DNA of 64,000 bases from Dehalococcoidia bacterium. Its GTDB lineage: Bacteria > Chloroflexota > Dehalococcoidia > Plut-88900. The position numbers were made by a program, and so were the translations under genes. The notes below the pieces were generated by a model. It was not told the origin of the DNA. It did not search any database and saw only the letters and a program-made list of their open reading frames with translations. Positions 40,415-50,691 of this stretch are shown here, piece by piece (the first letter of the stretch is position 1; each line of letters begins with the position of its first letter). Location of the stretch: positions 2,048,001 to 2,112,000 of the forward strand of contig OZ240215.1 in the NCBI GenBank assembly GCA_965197585.1. The letters run 5' to 3'.

Positions 40415-41680
40415 TCAAGTCCCCGACTCCCAGCTGTTGGCGTACTTCACCTGTTCCTCGGTCAGCTCGTCAATCTGAATGCCCATGGATAGGAGCTTAA
40501 GACGGCCGACCTGCTGGTCGATCTCCCGGGGCACGGGGTGGACTCCCGGCCCGAGGCTCCCCGCCGACTTGACCATGTATTCCGCACAAAGGGCCTGGTT
40601 GGCGAAGCTCATGTCCATAACGCTTGCCGGGTGCCCCTCTGCGGCGGCGAGGTTAATCAACCTGCCCTCGGCGAGAAGGTGCACCCGTCGGCCGTCGGGG
40701 AAGGTGTACTCTCGGACCACGCCCCTGATATCCCGCTGTCCTACGGACAACTCCTCCAGGGCTTCCACGTTTATCTCAACATTGAAGTGGCCGCTGTTGG
40801 CTACCAGGGCCCCGTCCTTGATCACGGCCAGGTGTTGCGTATCAATAGCCCGGTAGCCGCCTGTAACGGTTACGAAGATGTCCCCTACCCTGGCCGCATC
40901 CATCATCGGCATGACTTGGTAGCCGTCCATCACGGCCTCCAAGGCCTTGATGGGGTCCACCTCCGCCACCACGACCCGGGACCCGAGTCCTCGGGCCCGG
41001 CTGGCTATTCCCCGGCCGCACCATCCGTAGCCGCATACCACCAGGGTCTTGCCGGCGAAAAGGACGTTGGTAGCCCGGATAATTCCGTCCAGGGTACTCT
41101 GGCCGGTGCCGTAGCGGTTGTCGAACATGTGCTTGGTGTCGGCTTCATTGACGCTGATGACGGGGTAGAGCAGCTTGCCGTCGGAAGCCATGTTCCTGAG
41201 GCGGATAACGCCTGTGGTGGTCTCTTCCATCCCGCCGACCATACCATCGAGCAGCTCGGTCCTGTCACGGTGTACGGTTGCAACCAGGTCGGCGCCATCG
41301 TCGAGGGTCATGTGGGGTTTGAGGTCAAGGGCAGAGTTGAGGTGGTTGTAATACAGATCCTCGTCCTCACCTCGGACGGCGAAGACAGGTATGCCATGAT
41401 TGACGACCAGAGACGCAGCGACGTCGTCCTGGGTGCTGAGAGGGTTGCTGGCGCAAAGGGCGACCTGTGCTCCCCCCTCCTTGAGAGTCAGAATCAGGTT
41501 GGAGGTCTCGGTGGTGACGTGAAGACAGGCCGCGATCCGCATCCCTTCCAGGGGTTTCTCCTTGGAAAAGCGTTCCTGGATTCTGCGGAGGACGGGCATC
41601 TCCCGGGCCGCCCAGTCCATGTGGTCCTGGCCCTCGACGGCGCGGCCCGCGTCTTTGATGTCAGATGCTATTGTTGCCAT
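40415..41680 (-). CDS. ahcY: Adenosylhomocysteinase
   Basis: [35 protein letters not shown]. Confidence 0.97.
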   Translation of the reverse strand: MATIASDIKDAGRAVEGQDHMDWAAREMPVLRRIQERFSKEKPLEGMRIAACLHVTTETSNLILTLKEGGAQVALCASNPLSTQDDVAASLVVNHGIPVFAVRGEDEDLYYNHLNSALDLKPHMTLDDGADLVATVHRDRTELLDGMVGGMEETTTGVIRLRNMASDGKLLYPVISVNEADTKHMFDNRYGTGQSTLDGIIRATNVLFAGKTLVVCGYGWCGRGIASRARGLGSRVVVAEVDPIKALEAVMDGYQVMPMMDAARVGDIFVTVTGGYRAIDTQHLAVIKDGALVANSGHFNVEINVEALEELSVGQRDIRGVVREYTFPDGRRVHLLAEGRLINLAAAEGHPASVMDMSFANQALCAEYMVKSAGSLGPGVHPVPREIDQQVGRLKLLSMGIQIDELTEEQVKYANSWESGT

Positions 41681-41782
41681 GGGGCGTTAAGGCTCTCTTT
41701 CTGAAGTTGCTGGAAGTAAGGTGCGGGAGTCGGGCGCAAAGGAGGCGCGCTAACACCGAATGGCGAGGAAGAAGCGAGCCTC

Positions 41783-42130
41783 TTATTCGATCGGGTAACC
41801 GTCATCCGCCCAGGCTCCGGTCCCGCCTTCTATGTTGTACAGATTCGTGTATTCGAAAGCGGCGGCCATCTCGCAAGCCAGGGCGCTGCGTACTCCCATG
41901 GCGCAAATGAAGAGAAGTTTCTTGTCTCCGTCCAACTCGTCCATTCTGGTAAACAGATCATCGACTGGAATGAGAGTTGCGCCGGGCACGTGCCCCGCGT
42001 CCCACTCGTCCTGGTTCCGCACGTCTATGAGTTGGACGTTGTCGTCAGCTAACATTTCACTGGCAGCTTTGGGGGTGATCCTGGTAAAGGGCTCGCCCTC
42101 TTCCTGCCAAACGTCTTGTCCCGAAGCCAT
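41783..42130 (-). CDS. Rhodanese-like domain protein
   Basis: IDVR..EWDAGHVPGA, CAMGVRS, GGTGAW. Confidence 0.9.
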   Translation of the reverse strand: MASGQDVWQEEGEPFTRITPKAASEMLADDNVQLIDVRNQDEWDAGHVPGATLIPVDDLFTRMDELDGDKKLLFICAMGVRSALACEMAAAFEYTNLYNIEGGTGAWADDGYPIE

Positions 42131-42240
42131 TTAGCCCTCCCGGCCTCAACTATCCGCCCCGGCAATTCCGGGGCCCGTGGTTCGATCTAACAGTTTAACG
42201 CCTGAGGGGTGCAAAGGCCAGAAACAGGCAGTCTTCGGGC

Positions 42241-43101
42241 TCACAAATACTTCCCTATCAAGGGCGCGAGGTCCGATTTCACCTGCTCCGGTATCGCTTC
42301 TCGGGCGGTTATGATTGCGTTTTGCAAGGCGCTGGGGCACACACACTTCTCCCGACCCGGCACGTCCGACATGAGCCGCCTGACTATCTCTTGCCCAGCC
42401 GCTACATTCTTCAATAGGTTGGATACGACTAACTCGACCGACACCGAGTCATGGTCCGGGTGCCAGGTGTCGAAGTCCGTAACGCAGGCGAGAGTGGCAT
42501 AGCAGATCTCAGCCTCTCGGGCCAGTTTGGCCTCAGGCAGAGCGGTCATCCCAATGATCGACGCACCCCACGACCGGTACAGCTCGCTCTCTGCTCGCGT
42601 CGAGAATAGGGGCCCCTCCATGACTATCAAGCTCCCATCCATGTGAGCCCGGGCCGCGGTCCCTTTAGCTACACCATAAAGCGCGCTGCTCAGGCTCGGA
42701 CAGAAGGGGTTGGAGAAGGCAACGTGGGCCACTATCCCCTCACCGAAGAAGCTGTTCACCCGGCTCTTTGTCCTGTCGATAATCTGGTCTGGTATTACCA
42801 TATCCAGGGGATGCAGTTCTTCTTTCAGGCTGCCCACTGCACTCACCGAGACGATATGGGTCACTCCCAAAGTCTTCAGTGCGAATATGTTGGCTCTGGC
42901 CGGTATCTCCTCGGGGCTGATGCGGTGTCCCTTGCCGTGCCGAGGCAAAAACGCCACCCGACGCCCCTCCAGCGTCCCGACGGTTATCGCGTCGCTGGGA
43001 CTGCCGAACGGAGTCTCGATGTTGACCTCTTCTCTGTCGAGAAGGGCCTCCATATCGTAGAGCCCGCTGCCTCCGATTATTCCTATAGATGCTTCAGTCA
43101 T
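42241..43101 (-). CDS. mtnP: S-methyl-5'-thioadenosine phosphorylase
   Basis: IGIIGGSG, PRHG, STRAES, GMT..PEAKLARE, TDFD. Confidence 0.95.
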   Translation of the reverse strand: MTEASIGIIGGSGLYDMEALLDREEVNIETPFGSPSDAITVGTLEGRRVAFLPRHGKGHRISPEEIPARANIFALKTLGVTHIVSVSAVGSLKEELHPLDMVIPDQIIDRTKSRVNSFFGEGIVAHVAFSNPFCPSLSSALYGVAKGTAARAHMDGSLIVMEGPLFSTRAESELYRSWGASIIGMTALPEAKLAREAEICYATLACVTDFDTWHPDHDSVSVELVVSNLLKNVAAGQEIVRRLMSDVPGREKCVCPSALQNAIITAREAIPEQVKSDLAPLIGKYL

Positions 43102-43121
43102 ATTGAATTTCTATCGAACGC

Positions 43122-44156
43122 TCAGGCCCCGGTGCTAGAAAGCAGTTTCAGGGCCTCACTATAGGGCGCCCGAGCGATACCGTTCTCCGTGATGATTGCC
43201 GACACGTAGCGTGAAGGTGTGACATCGAAGGCAGGGTGGGCCGCCTTAACACCCTCGGGCGCCACCCCGACACCTGCGTATTCCAGCACCTCCCTTGGGT
43301 CCCGCTCCTCGATAGGGATGTCGTCCCCGGTTGTGAGACTCAGATCGAAAGTGCTTATCGGTGCTGCTACGTAAAACGGCACCGAGTTCTCCTTGGCGAG
43401 CACAGCTATGGAGTAAGTGCCAATCTTGTTAGCCACGTCGCCGTTGGCCGCGATCCTGTCCGCCCCGACCACCACGCAGTCAACCTCCCCCGACTTCAGG
43501 AAGTGCCCTGCCATCGAGTCGGTTATGAGCGTAACGTCGATCTCGTCCTGGGAAAGCTCCCATGCGGTGAGTCTTGCTCCCTGCAGGAAGGGCCGGGTCT
43601 CTGTGGCCAGCACCCGGACGGGAGTCCCGGATTCTATGGCGGAGCGGATAACCCCCAAGGCAGTGCCGTATCCCGCCGTAGCCAGGGCACCGGCGTTGCA
43701 GTGCGTCATCACCATGCCCCCACCTTGAATCAACTCCGCACCGTGCGCCCCGATACGGCGGTTGATTGCCTCGTCTTCTCGGTGGATAGTGATCGCCTCA
43801 GCGATGAGGGCGTCCTTGGCGGCTTCCGGGCTGCACTGTCCGTCGAAGACTCTCTGCATCCGGTCTACGGCCCACCTGAGATTTACCGCCGTGGGCCGGG
43901 AGGCGGCTATCTCATCACACACATGGCCCAGGCGGGCTTTGAAATCCACCATGTCCTGCGAGTCTATGGCCCGGGCCCCGAGGGCCACCCCATAAGCAGC
44001 CGCCACCCCGATGGCCGGGGCGCCCCGGACACGCATCTCCTTGATGGCCCGCGCTACCTCACGGTAGTCGTCCAGTTCGAGGTATACCTCCTGTCGCGGA
44101 AGCAGGGTCTGGTCAAGGAGTATGAGTTTGCCGTCTCGCCACTCGATGCTGTTCAT
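43122..44156 (-). CDS. mtnA: Methylthioribose-1-phosphate isomerase
   Basis: [35 protein letters not shown]. Confidence 0.96.
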   Translation of the reverse strand: MNSIEWRDGKLILLDQTLLPRQEVYLELDDYREVARAIKEMRVRGAPAIGVAAAYGVALGARAIDSQDMVDFKARLGHVCDEIAASRPTAVNLRWAVDRMQRVFDGQCSPEAAKDALIAEAITIHREDEAINRRIGAHGAELIQGGGMVMTHCNAGALATAGYGTALGVIRSAIESGTPVRVLATETRPFLQGARLTAWELSQDEIDVTLITDSMAGHFLKSGEVDCVVVGADRIAANGDVANKIGTYSIAVLAKENSVPFYVAAPISTFDLSLTTGDDIPIEERDPREVLEYAGVGVAPEGVKAAHPAFDVTPSRYVSAIITENGIARAPYSEALKLLSSTGA

Positions 44157-44339
44157 ATCGGCTCTATACTGTTCACGTGTTTGTGGCTTCGGCCCGTGGC
44201 TCGGGTGCAGCTGGTAGATTATAGGTTAAGCAGGGCCTCAGTACCATTGCCGGGGGTCAGCCGACGGGCATTTGTTATAATCGGCTCCATAGCCCCCCTG
44301 ACCTCGGGGGATTTTCCATGAACAGACCGGGGAGATAGA

Positions 44340-45431
44340 GTGGAGAAGTTCGACCGTTTGGAAGAGATGGAGCAGCGGTTTCAGGAGATCGAACAACTCC
44401 TGTCCGACCCCGAGATAGCCAGAAATCCCCAGCGAATTCAGTCCCTCTCTCGGGAGCGCGCGTCAATCGAGGACATTGTAACGACCTACCGAGAGTTCAA
44501 AGACGTAGGGCAGGAGCTTGATGAAAGCCGGTCTATGCTCGACGACAACCTGGACGAGGAGATGAAGTCCTTCGTCAAGGAAGAGATGGCTACGCTGGAA
44601 CAGCGGCACGGTCGACTTTCAAGGGAGATCATTGAGGCCCTGGTCACGGGAGACCTGCGGGACAGTAAGGACGTGATCATGGAGATCAGGGCGGGCGCGG
44701 GAGGAGACGAGGCCGCACTATTCGCCTCCGACCTCTACCGCATGTACGTCCGGTACGCCCAGACCCTTGGATTTCACAGTGAAGTCCTGAACACCAACGA
44801 CATTGGCATCGGCGGCCTCAAGGAGGTCGTTTTCGGAATCAAGGGCAAGGGCGCATTTGGGAAGTTCAAGTACGAAAGTGGCGTTCACCGGGTCCAGCGT
44901 GTCCCGGTCACCGAGTCCTCAGGTCGCATCCACACCTCCACCGTAACCGTCGCCGTCATGTCCGAAATGGAGGATGTGGATGTCACAATCGATCCCGACG
45001 ACCTGAAGATCGACATTTTCCACGCCGGGGGCCACGGGGGTCAGAACGTCAACAAGGTCGCCACCGCCGTCAGAATCACACATCTACCAAGTGGCCTGGT
45101 CACGGTATGCCAGGATGAACGGTCTCAACTGAAGAACAAGACCAAGGCCATGTCCGTCCTCCGAGCCCGGCTATACGACATTGAGCACCGGAAACAGCAA
45201 GCAGAGGTAGCCGAGGCCCGCCGCTCCCAGGTCGGAACGGGTGACCGCTCCGAGAAAGTGCGCACCTATAACTTCCCCCAGGACCGCATCACCGACCATC
45301 GCATCGGCCTTTCCATTCACAACCTGCCCCGAGTCCTGGAAGGCGAGATGGGAGAGCTGGTCCAGGCGCTGGCCAACAAGGAGCGGGAAGAAAACCTGGT
45401 AAGGGCCGGAGTGGGTTCCGGGGGCGCATAG
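44340..45431 (+). CDS. prfA: Peptide chain release factor 1
   Basis: PVT anticodon motif, GGQ; adjacent prmC. Confidence 0.97.
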   Translation: MEKFDRLEEMEQRFQEIEQLLSDPEIARNPQRIQSLSRERASIEDIVTTYREFKDVGQELDESRSMLDDNLDEEMKSFVKEEMATLEQRHGRLSREIIEALVTGDLRDSKDVIMEIRAGAGGDEAALFASDLYRMYVRYAQTLGFHSEVLNTNDIGIGGLKEVVFGIKGKGAFGKFKYESGVHRVQRVPVTESSGRIHTSTVTVAVMSEMEDVDVTIDPDDLKIDIFHAGGHGGQNVNKVATAVRITHLPSGLVTVCQDERSQLKNKTKAMSVLRARLYDIEHRKQQAEVAEARRSQVGTGDRSEKVRTYNFPQDRITDHRIGLSIHNLPRVLEGEMGELVQALANKEREENLVRAGVGSGGA

Positions 45432-45432
45432 G

Positions 45433-46311
45433 GTGAGGGTCAGGGACGCCCTCAGACAGGCTCGGGAGAAGCTGCGGGCTTCGGGGGTGGAGGATGCAGG
45501 TTTCGAGTCGGAATATCTCTTGCGGTCAGCCCTCAAGTGCACCAGAGAAAGCCTACTAATAGGCTTAGACTCCGACGTCTCATCCTTATATCAACTTCAC
45601 TTCGACTCGGTAATCGATCGGCGGGCTGCTGGGGAACCCTCGGCCTTTATCACAGGCCATAAGGAATTCTACGGACTCGACTTCAAGGTAGACTCCCGGG
45701 CCCTGATCCCCCGCCCCGAGACCGAGCTTCTCCTGGAGCTTGTCCTGGAATTCGCCGCCCGGCGTACTAGCAGGGACGAGGGTTTGAACATCGCCGAGGT
45801 TGGGGTGGGGTGCGGGGCTATTGCAATCGCGCTGGCAGTGAATCTGTCGGGGGCGAGGATTGTGGCTACGGACATCTCACCTGCGGCACTGAACTTGGCA
45901 AGCGAGAACGTATCCAGGCATCGAGTCGAAGATCGTGTAACGCTGCTGAATGGAGACCTGCTGGACTCAGTTTCCGGGCCAATCGACATCCTGGTCTCGA
46001 ACCCGCCTTACATACCTTCTTCTCAAGTCGATATCCTTCCCCGTGAGATACGTGACCACGAGCCCCGTGTCGCCCTGGACGGAGGAGAGAACGGTATGGT
46101 CCTTATCGAAAGACTCATATGTCAGGCTAAAAACAAGCTCAGGCCCGGCGGGGCCATGTTCGTAGAGATCGGCTGGGACCTTGGAGAACGAACCTTGGCC
46201 CGTTGCTTGGAGCTCTGGCCGGAGTCCGAAGTTTCCAGCACACCTGACCTCGCCGGCCTAGACAGAGTCCTAACCCTTCGCTCGCCCATCGGCGCAGCGC
46301 AGCCCGCATAA
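45433..46311 (+). CDS. prmC: Release factor glutamine methyltransferase
   Basis: LIPRPETE, SNPPY, ALDGG. Confidence 0.95.
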   Translation: MRVRDALRQAREKLRASGVEDAGFESEYLLRSALKCTRESLLIGLDSDVSSLYQLHFDSVIDRRAAGEPSAFITGHKEFYGLDFKVDSRALIPRPETELLLELVLEFAARRTSRDEGLNIAEVGVGCGAIAIALAVNLSGARIVATDISPAALNLASENVSRHRVEDRVTLLNGDLLDSVSGPIDILVSNPPYIPSSQVDILPREIRDHEPRVALDGGENGMVLIERLICQAKNKLRPGGAMFVEIGWDLGERTLARCLELWPESEVSSTPDLAGLDRVLTLRSPIGAAQPA

Positions 46312-46318
46312 GGAGCAC

Positions 46319-46711
46319 ATGAACATCTTCTTCGACGTCGACGACACCCTCATCGCCTTCGACGGCAGCCTTCGGCCCCACGTTTACGAGGTCTTCCAGA
46401 TGCTCCTGGACGATGGGCACGACATCTACATCTGGTCGGGGGTTGGGCTGCGCTGGGAGATAATCGAACGGCACAAGCTGCGTCCCTACATCCAGGACTG
46501 CTTCGTCAAACCCACCGCTAACTACCGGAAGGGCCTGGAGATTCTCGGCATCCCCGTCCACCCCGACTTCTGCGTCGACGACCATCCTGAGCTCGTCAAG
46601 GCTCTCGGCGGCGAAGCCGTCAAGCCCTACTATTGGGCCGACACAAGAGACAAAGAGATGCTCCGCATTTACGATGCCATCACCGAATTCGCTCGGAAAT
46701 GTACGCAATGA
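46319..46711 (+). CDS. Small capless HAD-superfamily hydrolase
   Basis: FFDVDDTL, IWS, K, VDD motifs; AGGAG RBS. Confidence 0.8.
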   Translation: MNIFFDVDDTLIAFDGSLRPHVYEVFQMLLDDGHDIYIWSGVGLRWEIIERHKLRPYIQDCFVKPTANYRKGLEILGIPVHPDFCVDDHPELVKALGGEAVKPYYWADTRDKEMLRIYDAITEFARKCTQ

Positions 46712-46730
46712 CCCTTTTCCTGGGCGTGGG

Positions 46731-46785
46731 GTTCCGTTCGTCCGCCTGAGGCGGGAGCGGAGTCGAAGGGTCTCAAGAGCGGAAC
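46731..46785. repeat. REP-like palindromic repeat family A, copy 1
   Basis: TTCCGTTCG...TCGAAGGGTCTCAAGAGCGGAA shared with 59267 and 63104. Confidence 0.7.
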
Positions 46786-46829
46786 GGGACGGCCCGTTGG
46801 TTAACGGGTTGTGCCTGGATTTCTTATAG

Positions 46830-46864
46830 AGAGGCGGGCTGCCACTTCATAGCAGCCCGCCTCC
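46830..46864. terminator. Hairpin downstream of cupredoxin gene
   Basis: GAGGCGGGCTGC...GCAGCCCGCCTC. Confidence 0.6.
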
Positions 46865-46875
46865 TTCTACATTAG

Positions 46876-47391
46876 CTAGTTGACAGTGAAGGTCTTGGAC
46901 ATCCCCAAAAGGAAGTGGCTCTCGGGATTGCCCTCATCGTCTATCTCGTCATGCTCCACTATGTTGCATAGGAAGACATAGTTGCCGGGCTCCAGTTCGA
47001 AAACGCCGGCGCGTTTCTGCCCGGGATCAAACTCCTCAATCTCCCCGATGAACTCAACCCCGTCCACACCCTCTTCGGGAAGGAAACCGCGTTCCTCAGA
47101 GTTCGCTATGGCAATCTGCTCCAACTGCTCAATCGGCAGGTCCGTCCTGAAGATGACCAGCTCGTGAGGGTCAGCCGGGCCTCCGTTAGTAACGTCAAAC
47201 CGCACCAGCCCTGCGGGGACGTTATCGGGCGATGTCTCAATGCCCCACTCTCCCAACGCTACAATTACCGTAGATACGGGTTCCATGCCCTCAACGGTTG
47301 CCTCATGGTCCTCTTGGGAGATACCGGACCCGCACGCCATAGCCACCAGTAGCATGAGGCCGATCAGCACTATTCCTATCACCTTATTCAT
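46876..47391 (-). CDS. Cupredoxin-like (blue copper) lipoprotein
   Basis: Lipobox VAMAC; HEL, YVFLCN...H...GM type-1 Cu ligand pattern; GGAGG RBS. Confidence 0.75.
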   Translation of the reverse strand: MNKVIGIVLIGLMLLVAMACGSGISQEDHEATVEGMEPVSTVIVALGEWGIETSPDNVPAGLVRFDVTNGGPADPHELVIFRTDLPIEQLEQIAIANSEERGFLPEEGVDGVEFIGEIEEFDPGQKRAGVFELEPGNYVFLCNIVEHDEIDDEGNPESHFLLGMSKTFTVN

Positions 47392-47574
47392 GGCAAACCT
47401 CCACACAATGCTAAGTCCGCAATACACCGCAATTCCTATAGATAGACTGTACTATCTTATGGCTATAGTATCTTAAAGGAATTCAAAGGGTCAAACGCCA
47501 AAATTGCCGGCCCTCCACCCGACCGTCCGTAATGTAGAATTCACCCCATAGACCCGTGAAGGGAGACCCGAGAA

Positions 47575-48705
47575 ATGCCGAGAATCATAGACGCGGACAG
47601 CCACACCGTAGAGCCCCCTGACCTGTGGGTCGAAAACCTTGAACCCAAGTACAGACATCGCGCAATGCGCATCGCCGTAGATGAGGATGGCCTGGAATAC
47701 CTGGAGATCGACGGCAAGAAGCCCACGGGCTACCTGATCTCGGGCGGGATGTTCGGCAGGCCGAGCGGAATAGGCAAGGACGTAAAGGACCTGCTGACTC
47801 CCGGAAAGATCACTTATCAAGAAGGTCTCGAGCCCGGTGCGGTTGATCCCATTGAGCGCCTCAAAGTGCTGGACTCGGAGGGAATAGAGGCGACGGTGCT
47901 GTACCCGACAATGGGCCTCGCTTGGGAAGCCGAATGCCCCGACTACAAGCTGGCCGCCGCCTGCTGCCGGGTCTACAACGACTGGATTCTGGATTTCTGC
48001 CGCCCCAACCCCGACAGGCTCATACCCATCGCCCATGTCTCGGTATCCGACGCGGAGGAAGGGGCCAAGGAGCTGGAAAGGACGGCCAAGCTCGGGGCCC
48101 GGGGGGTCTTCCTTAGCGGCTACCCAATTAACGGCGTCTCTTACGGAGACCCGCGCCACGATCAATTCTGGGCCCTGGCACAGGAGGCCGATCTCCCGGT
48201 TTCCCTCCATATCGCTGCCACCCCTCGGCAGGTCTTCGACAACCTGTACACCGGCGGCGTCCCCGAAAACACTTGGTGGAACTTCCTCACCCTCGCCAAT
48301 GACACATTCATCGGATTCGCCAGCCTCTTCAAGGGCGCAGTCTTCGATCGGTTCCCGGACGTCAAGGTAATCGTCCTGGAGACGGGCGCCGGTTTCATGC
48401 CCTACTGGCTTGACCGGATGGACGAGTTCTACGAAAAGTTCGGGTTCGCCACGGGTATGCAGAAGGAACCCAGCGAGTATTTCCACAAGCAGTGTTGGAT
48501 ATCCCTTGAGCCCGACGACGAAATGGCCGTATCAACCATCAACATCCTCGGCGCAGACCGATTCATCTGGGGCGCCGACTACCCTCACTCTGACGGGCTC
48601 TACGGCGCCGTCGACGTCCTGAAAAAAAACATCAGCCCGCTATCCGAAGGGGACCAGGCCAAGGTGCTGGGTGAGAACGCCATTGAGCTTTATAACATTG
48701 ATTAG
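47575..48705 (+). CDS. Amidohydrolase family 2 protein
   Basis: IDADSH, LYPT, YNDW, SLH, GADYPH. Confidence 0.9.
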   Translation: MPRIIDADSHTVEPPDLWVENLEPKYRHRAMRIAVDEDGLEYLEIDGKKPTGYLISGGMFGRPSGIGKDVKDLLTPGKITYQEGLEPGAVDPIERLKVLDSEGIEATVLYPTMGLAWEAECPDYKLAAACCRVYNDWILDFCRPNPDRLIPIAHVSVSDAEEGAKELERTAKLGARGVFLSGYPINGVSYGDPRHDQFWALAQEADLPVSLHIAATPRQVFDNLYTGGVPENTWWNFLTLANDTFIGFASLFKGAVFDRFPDVKVIVLETGAGFMPYWLDRMDEFYEKFGFATGMQKEPSEYFHKQCWISLEPDDEMAVSTINILGADRFIWGADYPHSDGLYGAVDVLKKNISPLSEGDQAKVLGENAIELYNID

Positions 48706-48888
48706 GTGTCTTGAGAGGTGAAGTTTGAAGAAGAGCTACGTAGGGATCGAAAGCTAGGAGAGGACAGAGCAAAACGGGAAATCATCTCCCGGTGTCCCGT
48801 AGCAATTGAGCATATCCTGCTCATGCTAAACACCGCTTTTTTCGATGTCACTCGAATCAATTACCTTAGGACATAGGATATTTCGTTA

Positions 48889-49443
48889 ATGCGATATTGG
48901 GTAATAGAGCGAAGCATCCAACATCACACCAACAAAGAACGACGTAAGCGAGGACTGAAGCCTTTGAAAGGGAATAAGTCTCTAATACGCGCCGCGCAGG
49001 GCCACAGTAGATGGATGGCCAAAACAGGTCGCTATTCCCACACGGGAGTTGGGAAAAGCAATCACCACCAACGAGCTATTAATGCAGGATTTGGAGGCAC
49101 AGCAACAAGCGAGAACATTTGGAATACGCAGGGACGTAGTGGCATCGCATGGAAAAGCCGGTTCCGGTGGCGTGGCGACTGGCAATTGGGCAAGGCGGCG
49201 GTCATTTCGTGGCTTAACAGTCCTGGGCACCGGCAGAATCTACTATCGCCACAATGGAATTACTCGGGTATGGGGGTGGGGGTCAATCGCAAAGGACGGA
49301 TCTATATGACACAGGTATTCGGGTATGAAATCTTACTTGAACAGAACATATTTGGACGCATATTGTTATCGCGGGTTTTCGGTCTTGTGTTCATCCTCGG
49401 AGTTATGGCAGGAGTACCCGCGCTTTGCTCTCAAATTAATTAA
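48889..49443 (+). CDS. CAP (SCP-like) domain protein with C-terminal TM
   Basis: NKER..RGL, AAQGHS..MA, SH, ENI, WLNSPGHRQNLL, TQVF. Confidence 0.85.
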   Translation: MRYWVIERSIQHHTNKERRKRGLKPLKGNKSLIRAAQGHSRWMAKTGRYSHTGVGKSNHHQRAINAGFGGTATSENIWNTQGRSGIAWKSRFRWRGDWQLGKAAVISWLNSPGHRQNLLSPQWNYSGMGVGVNRKGRIYMTQVFGYEILLEQNIFGRILLSRVFGLVFILGVMAGVPALCSQIN

Positions 49444-49875
49444 CATGTAGTTGCCACCCATAAGAAGACCCGCTGTAACGCTCATTTAATACCATTTGCG
49501 AGTCAGAAATTGTCAGCTATATGCTGATCAGTGTCAGAATCATTTTTTGCAGGGAAATTAGAGCCCAAATGGACAGACACCGAGGTATGACCGACTTTCG
49601 TATCGAATGAAACGATCTAGGTGTCTAACCGTGACACCCGACTTCCTGGATTGCAAATGTGAGAACAATTACATTTACCTGGCCTCTAGCCTGTGCTAAG
49701 ACGATGTGTTGTGCAACCACTGCGGTACCATCAAAAGTGTCACTCCAGACTCTCGCATATATGAGGTTCAAGACTTATTACACGATAGCCTTTAGATGCG
49801 GACTAACCCCCACCCCTTTGGTGTAAACTAGCCGTCAACCGACCCCTCCAAGCCATCTATGAGAGGTAATTCGAC

Positions 49876-50691
49876 ATGACCGGTATATGGCCTGGCCTTA
49901 CTCAGTGCACCGTCAACCTGGGCTTCGACATTGACGCCCAGAGCAACTGGATCGGCAGAGACCCGGCACTCCGGGACAGGCCGGTGATGATGACCGCCGC
50001 CGACTATGGCCCGAAAGTCGGCGTCCCTAGGATACTCAACCTGATGGATGAATACGGGCTCAAGGCCTCTTTCTTCATCCCCGGTTTCACCGCCGAGCAG
50101 TACCCGGCCCTCGTGAAGGAGATCCTGGCCAGGGGCCACGAGGTTGCAGGTCACGGCTACATGCACCGCCGGCCCGCAGAGCTGACACTGGAAGGGGAGA
50201 TAGAAGACCTGGACCGGGGCCTCGAGGCGTTAGAAAAGGCCGCCGGGCAAAAGATCACCGGCTACCGGGTCCCGGGCGGTGACGCCAGCAACCATACAAT
50301 GTCTCTCCTCGCAGAGCGGGGCATCATCTACGACTCAAGCTTGATGGACGACGACGCCCCCTATATGATCGAGACGACAAACGGCAGCGTTCTCCAGATC
50401 CCCTTCCACTGGCTCCTCGACGATTTTCCCTACTACGCCTACGCTCCCGCGGTGGGCATGCGGGGCCCGGGCTGCAGTCCTGCGTCGGTGGCCAGGACCT
50501 GGATCGCCGAGTTCGACGGCCTCTACCAGGAGGGCCGTTGCATGATACTGGTCATGCACCCACAGGTCACGGGACATCCGGGCCACCTCGCCGGCCTGGA
50601 AACGACCATCAAGCACATGCTCACCAAGCCCAACGTCGCCATCACCACCGCCGGTGACATCGCCGAGCAGTGGATGGCTAAGAACTCGTAG
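49876..50691 (+). CDS. Polysaccharide deacetylase-family (CE4, PuuE/PgdA-like) protein 1
   Basis: FDID, HGYMH, GYRVP, YDSS, HPQ. Confidence 0.88.
   Translation: MTGIWPGLTQCTVNLGFDIDAQSNWIGRDPALRDRPVMMTAADYGPKVGVPRILNLMDEYGLKASFFIPGFTAEQYPALVKEILARGHEVAGHGYMHRRPAELTLEGEIEDLDRGLEALEKAAGQKITGYRVPGGDASNHTMSLLAERGIIYDSSLMDDDAPYMIETTNGSVLQIPFHWLLDDFPYYAYAPAVGMRGPGCSPASVARTWIAEFDGLYQEGRCMILVMHPQVTGHPGHLAGLETTIKHMLTKPNVAITTAGDIAEQWMAKNS

Noticed and set aside
41681-41782. SAH/SAM riboswitch upstream of ahcY (also checked upstream of metK and mtnA)
   Set aside because: I could not find the consensus elements by eye; an Infernal/Rfam scan would be decisive
48718-48876. 52-codon GTG ORF upstream of the CAP gene
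   Set aside because: No recognisable motif and weak start context; cannot be supported
49615-49760. Integron attC site (GTCTAAC matches RYYYAAC)
   Set aside because: No matching GTTRRRY with a complementary stem, and no integron integrase
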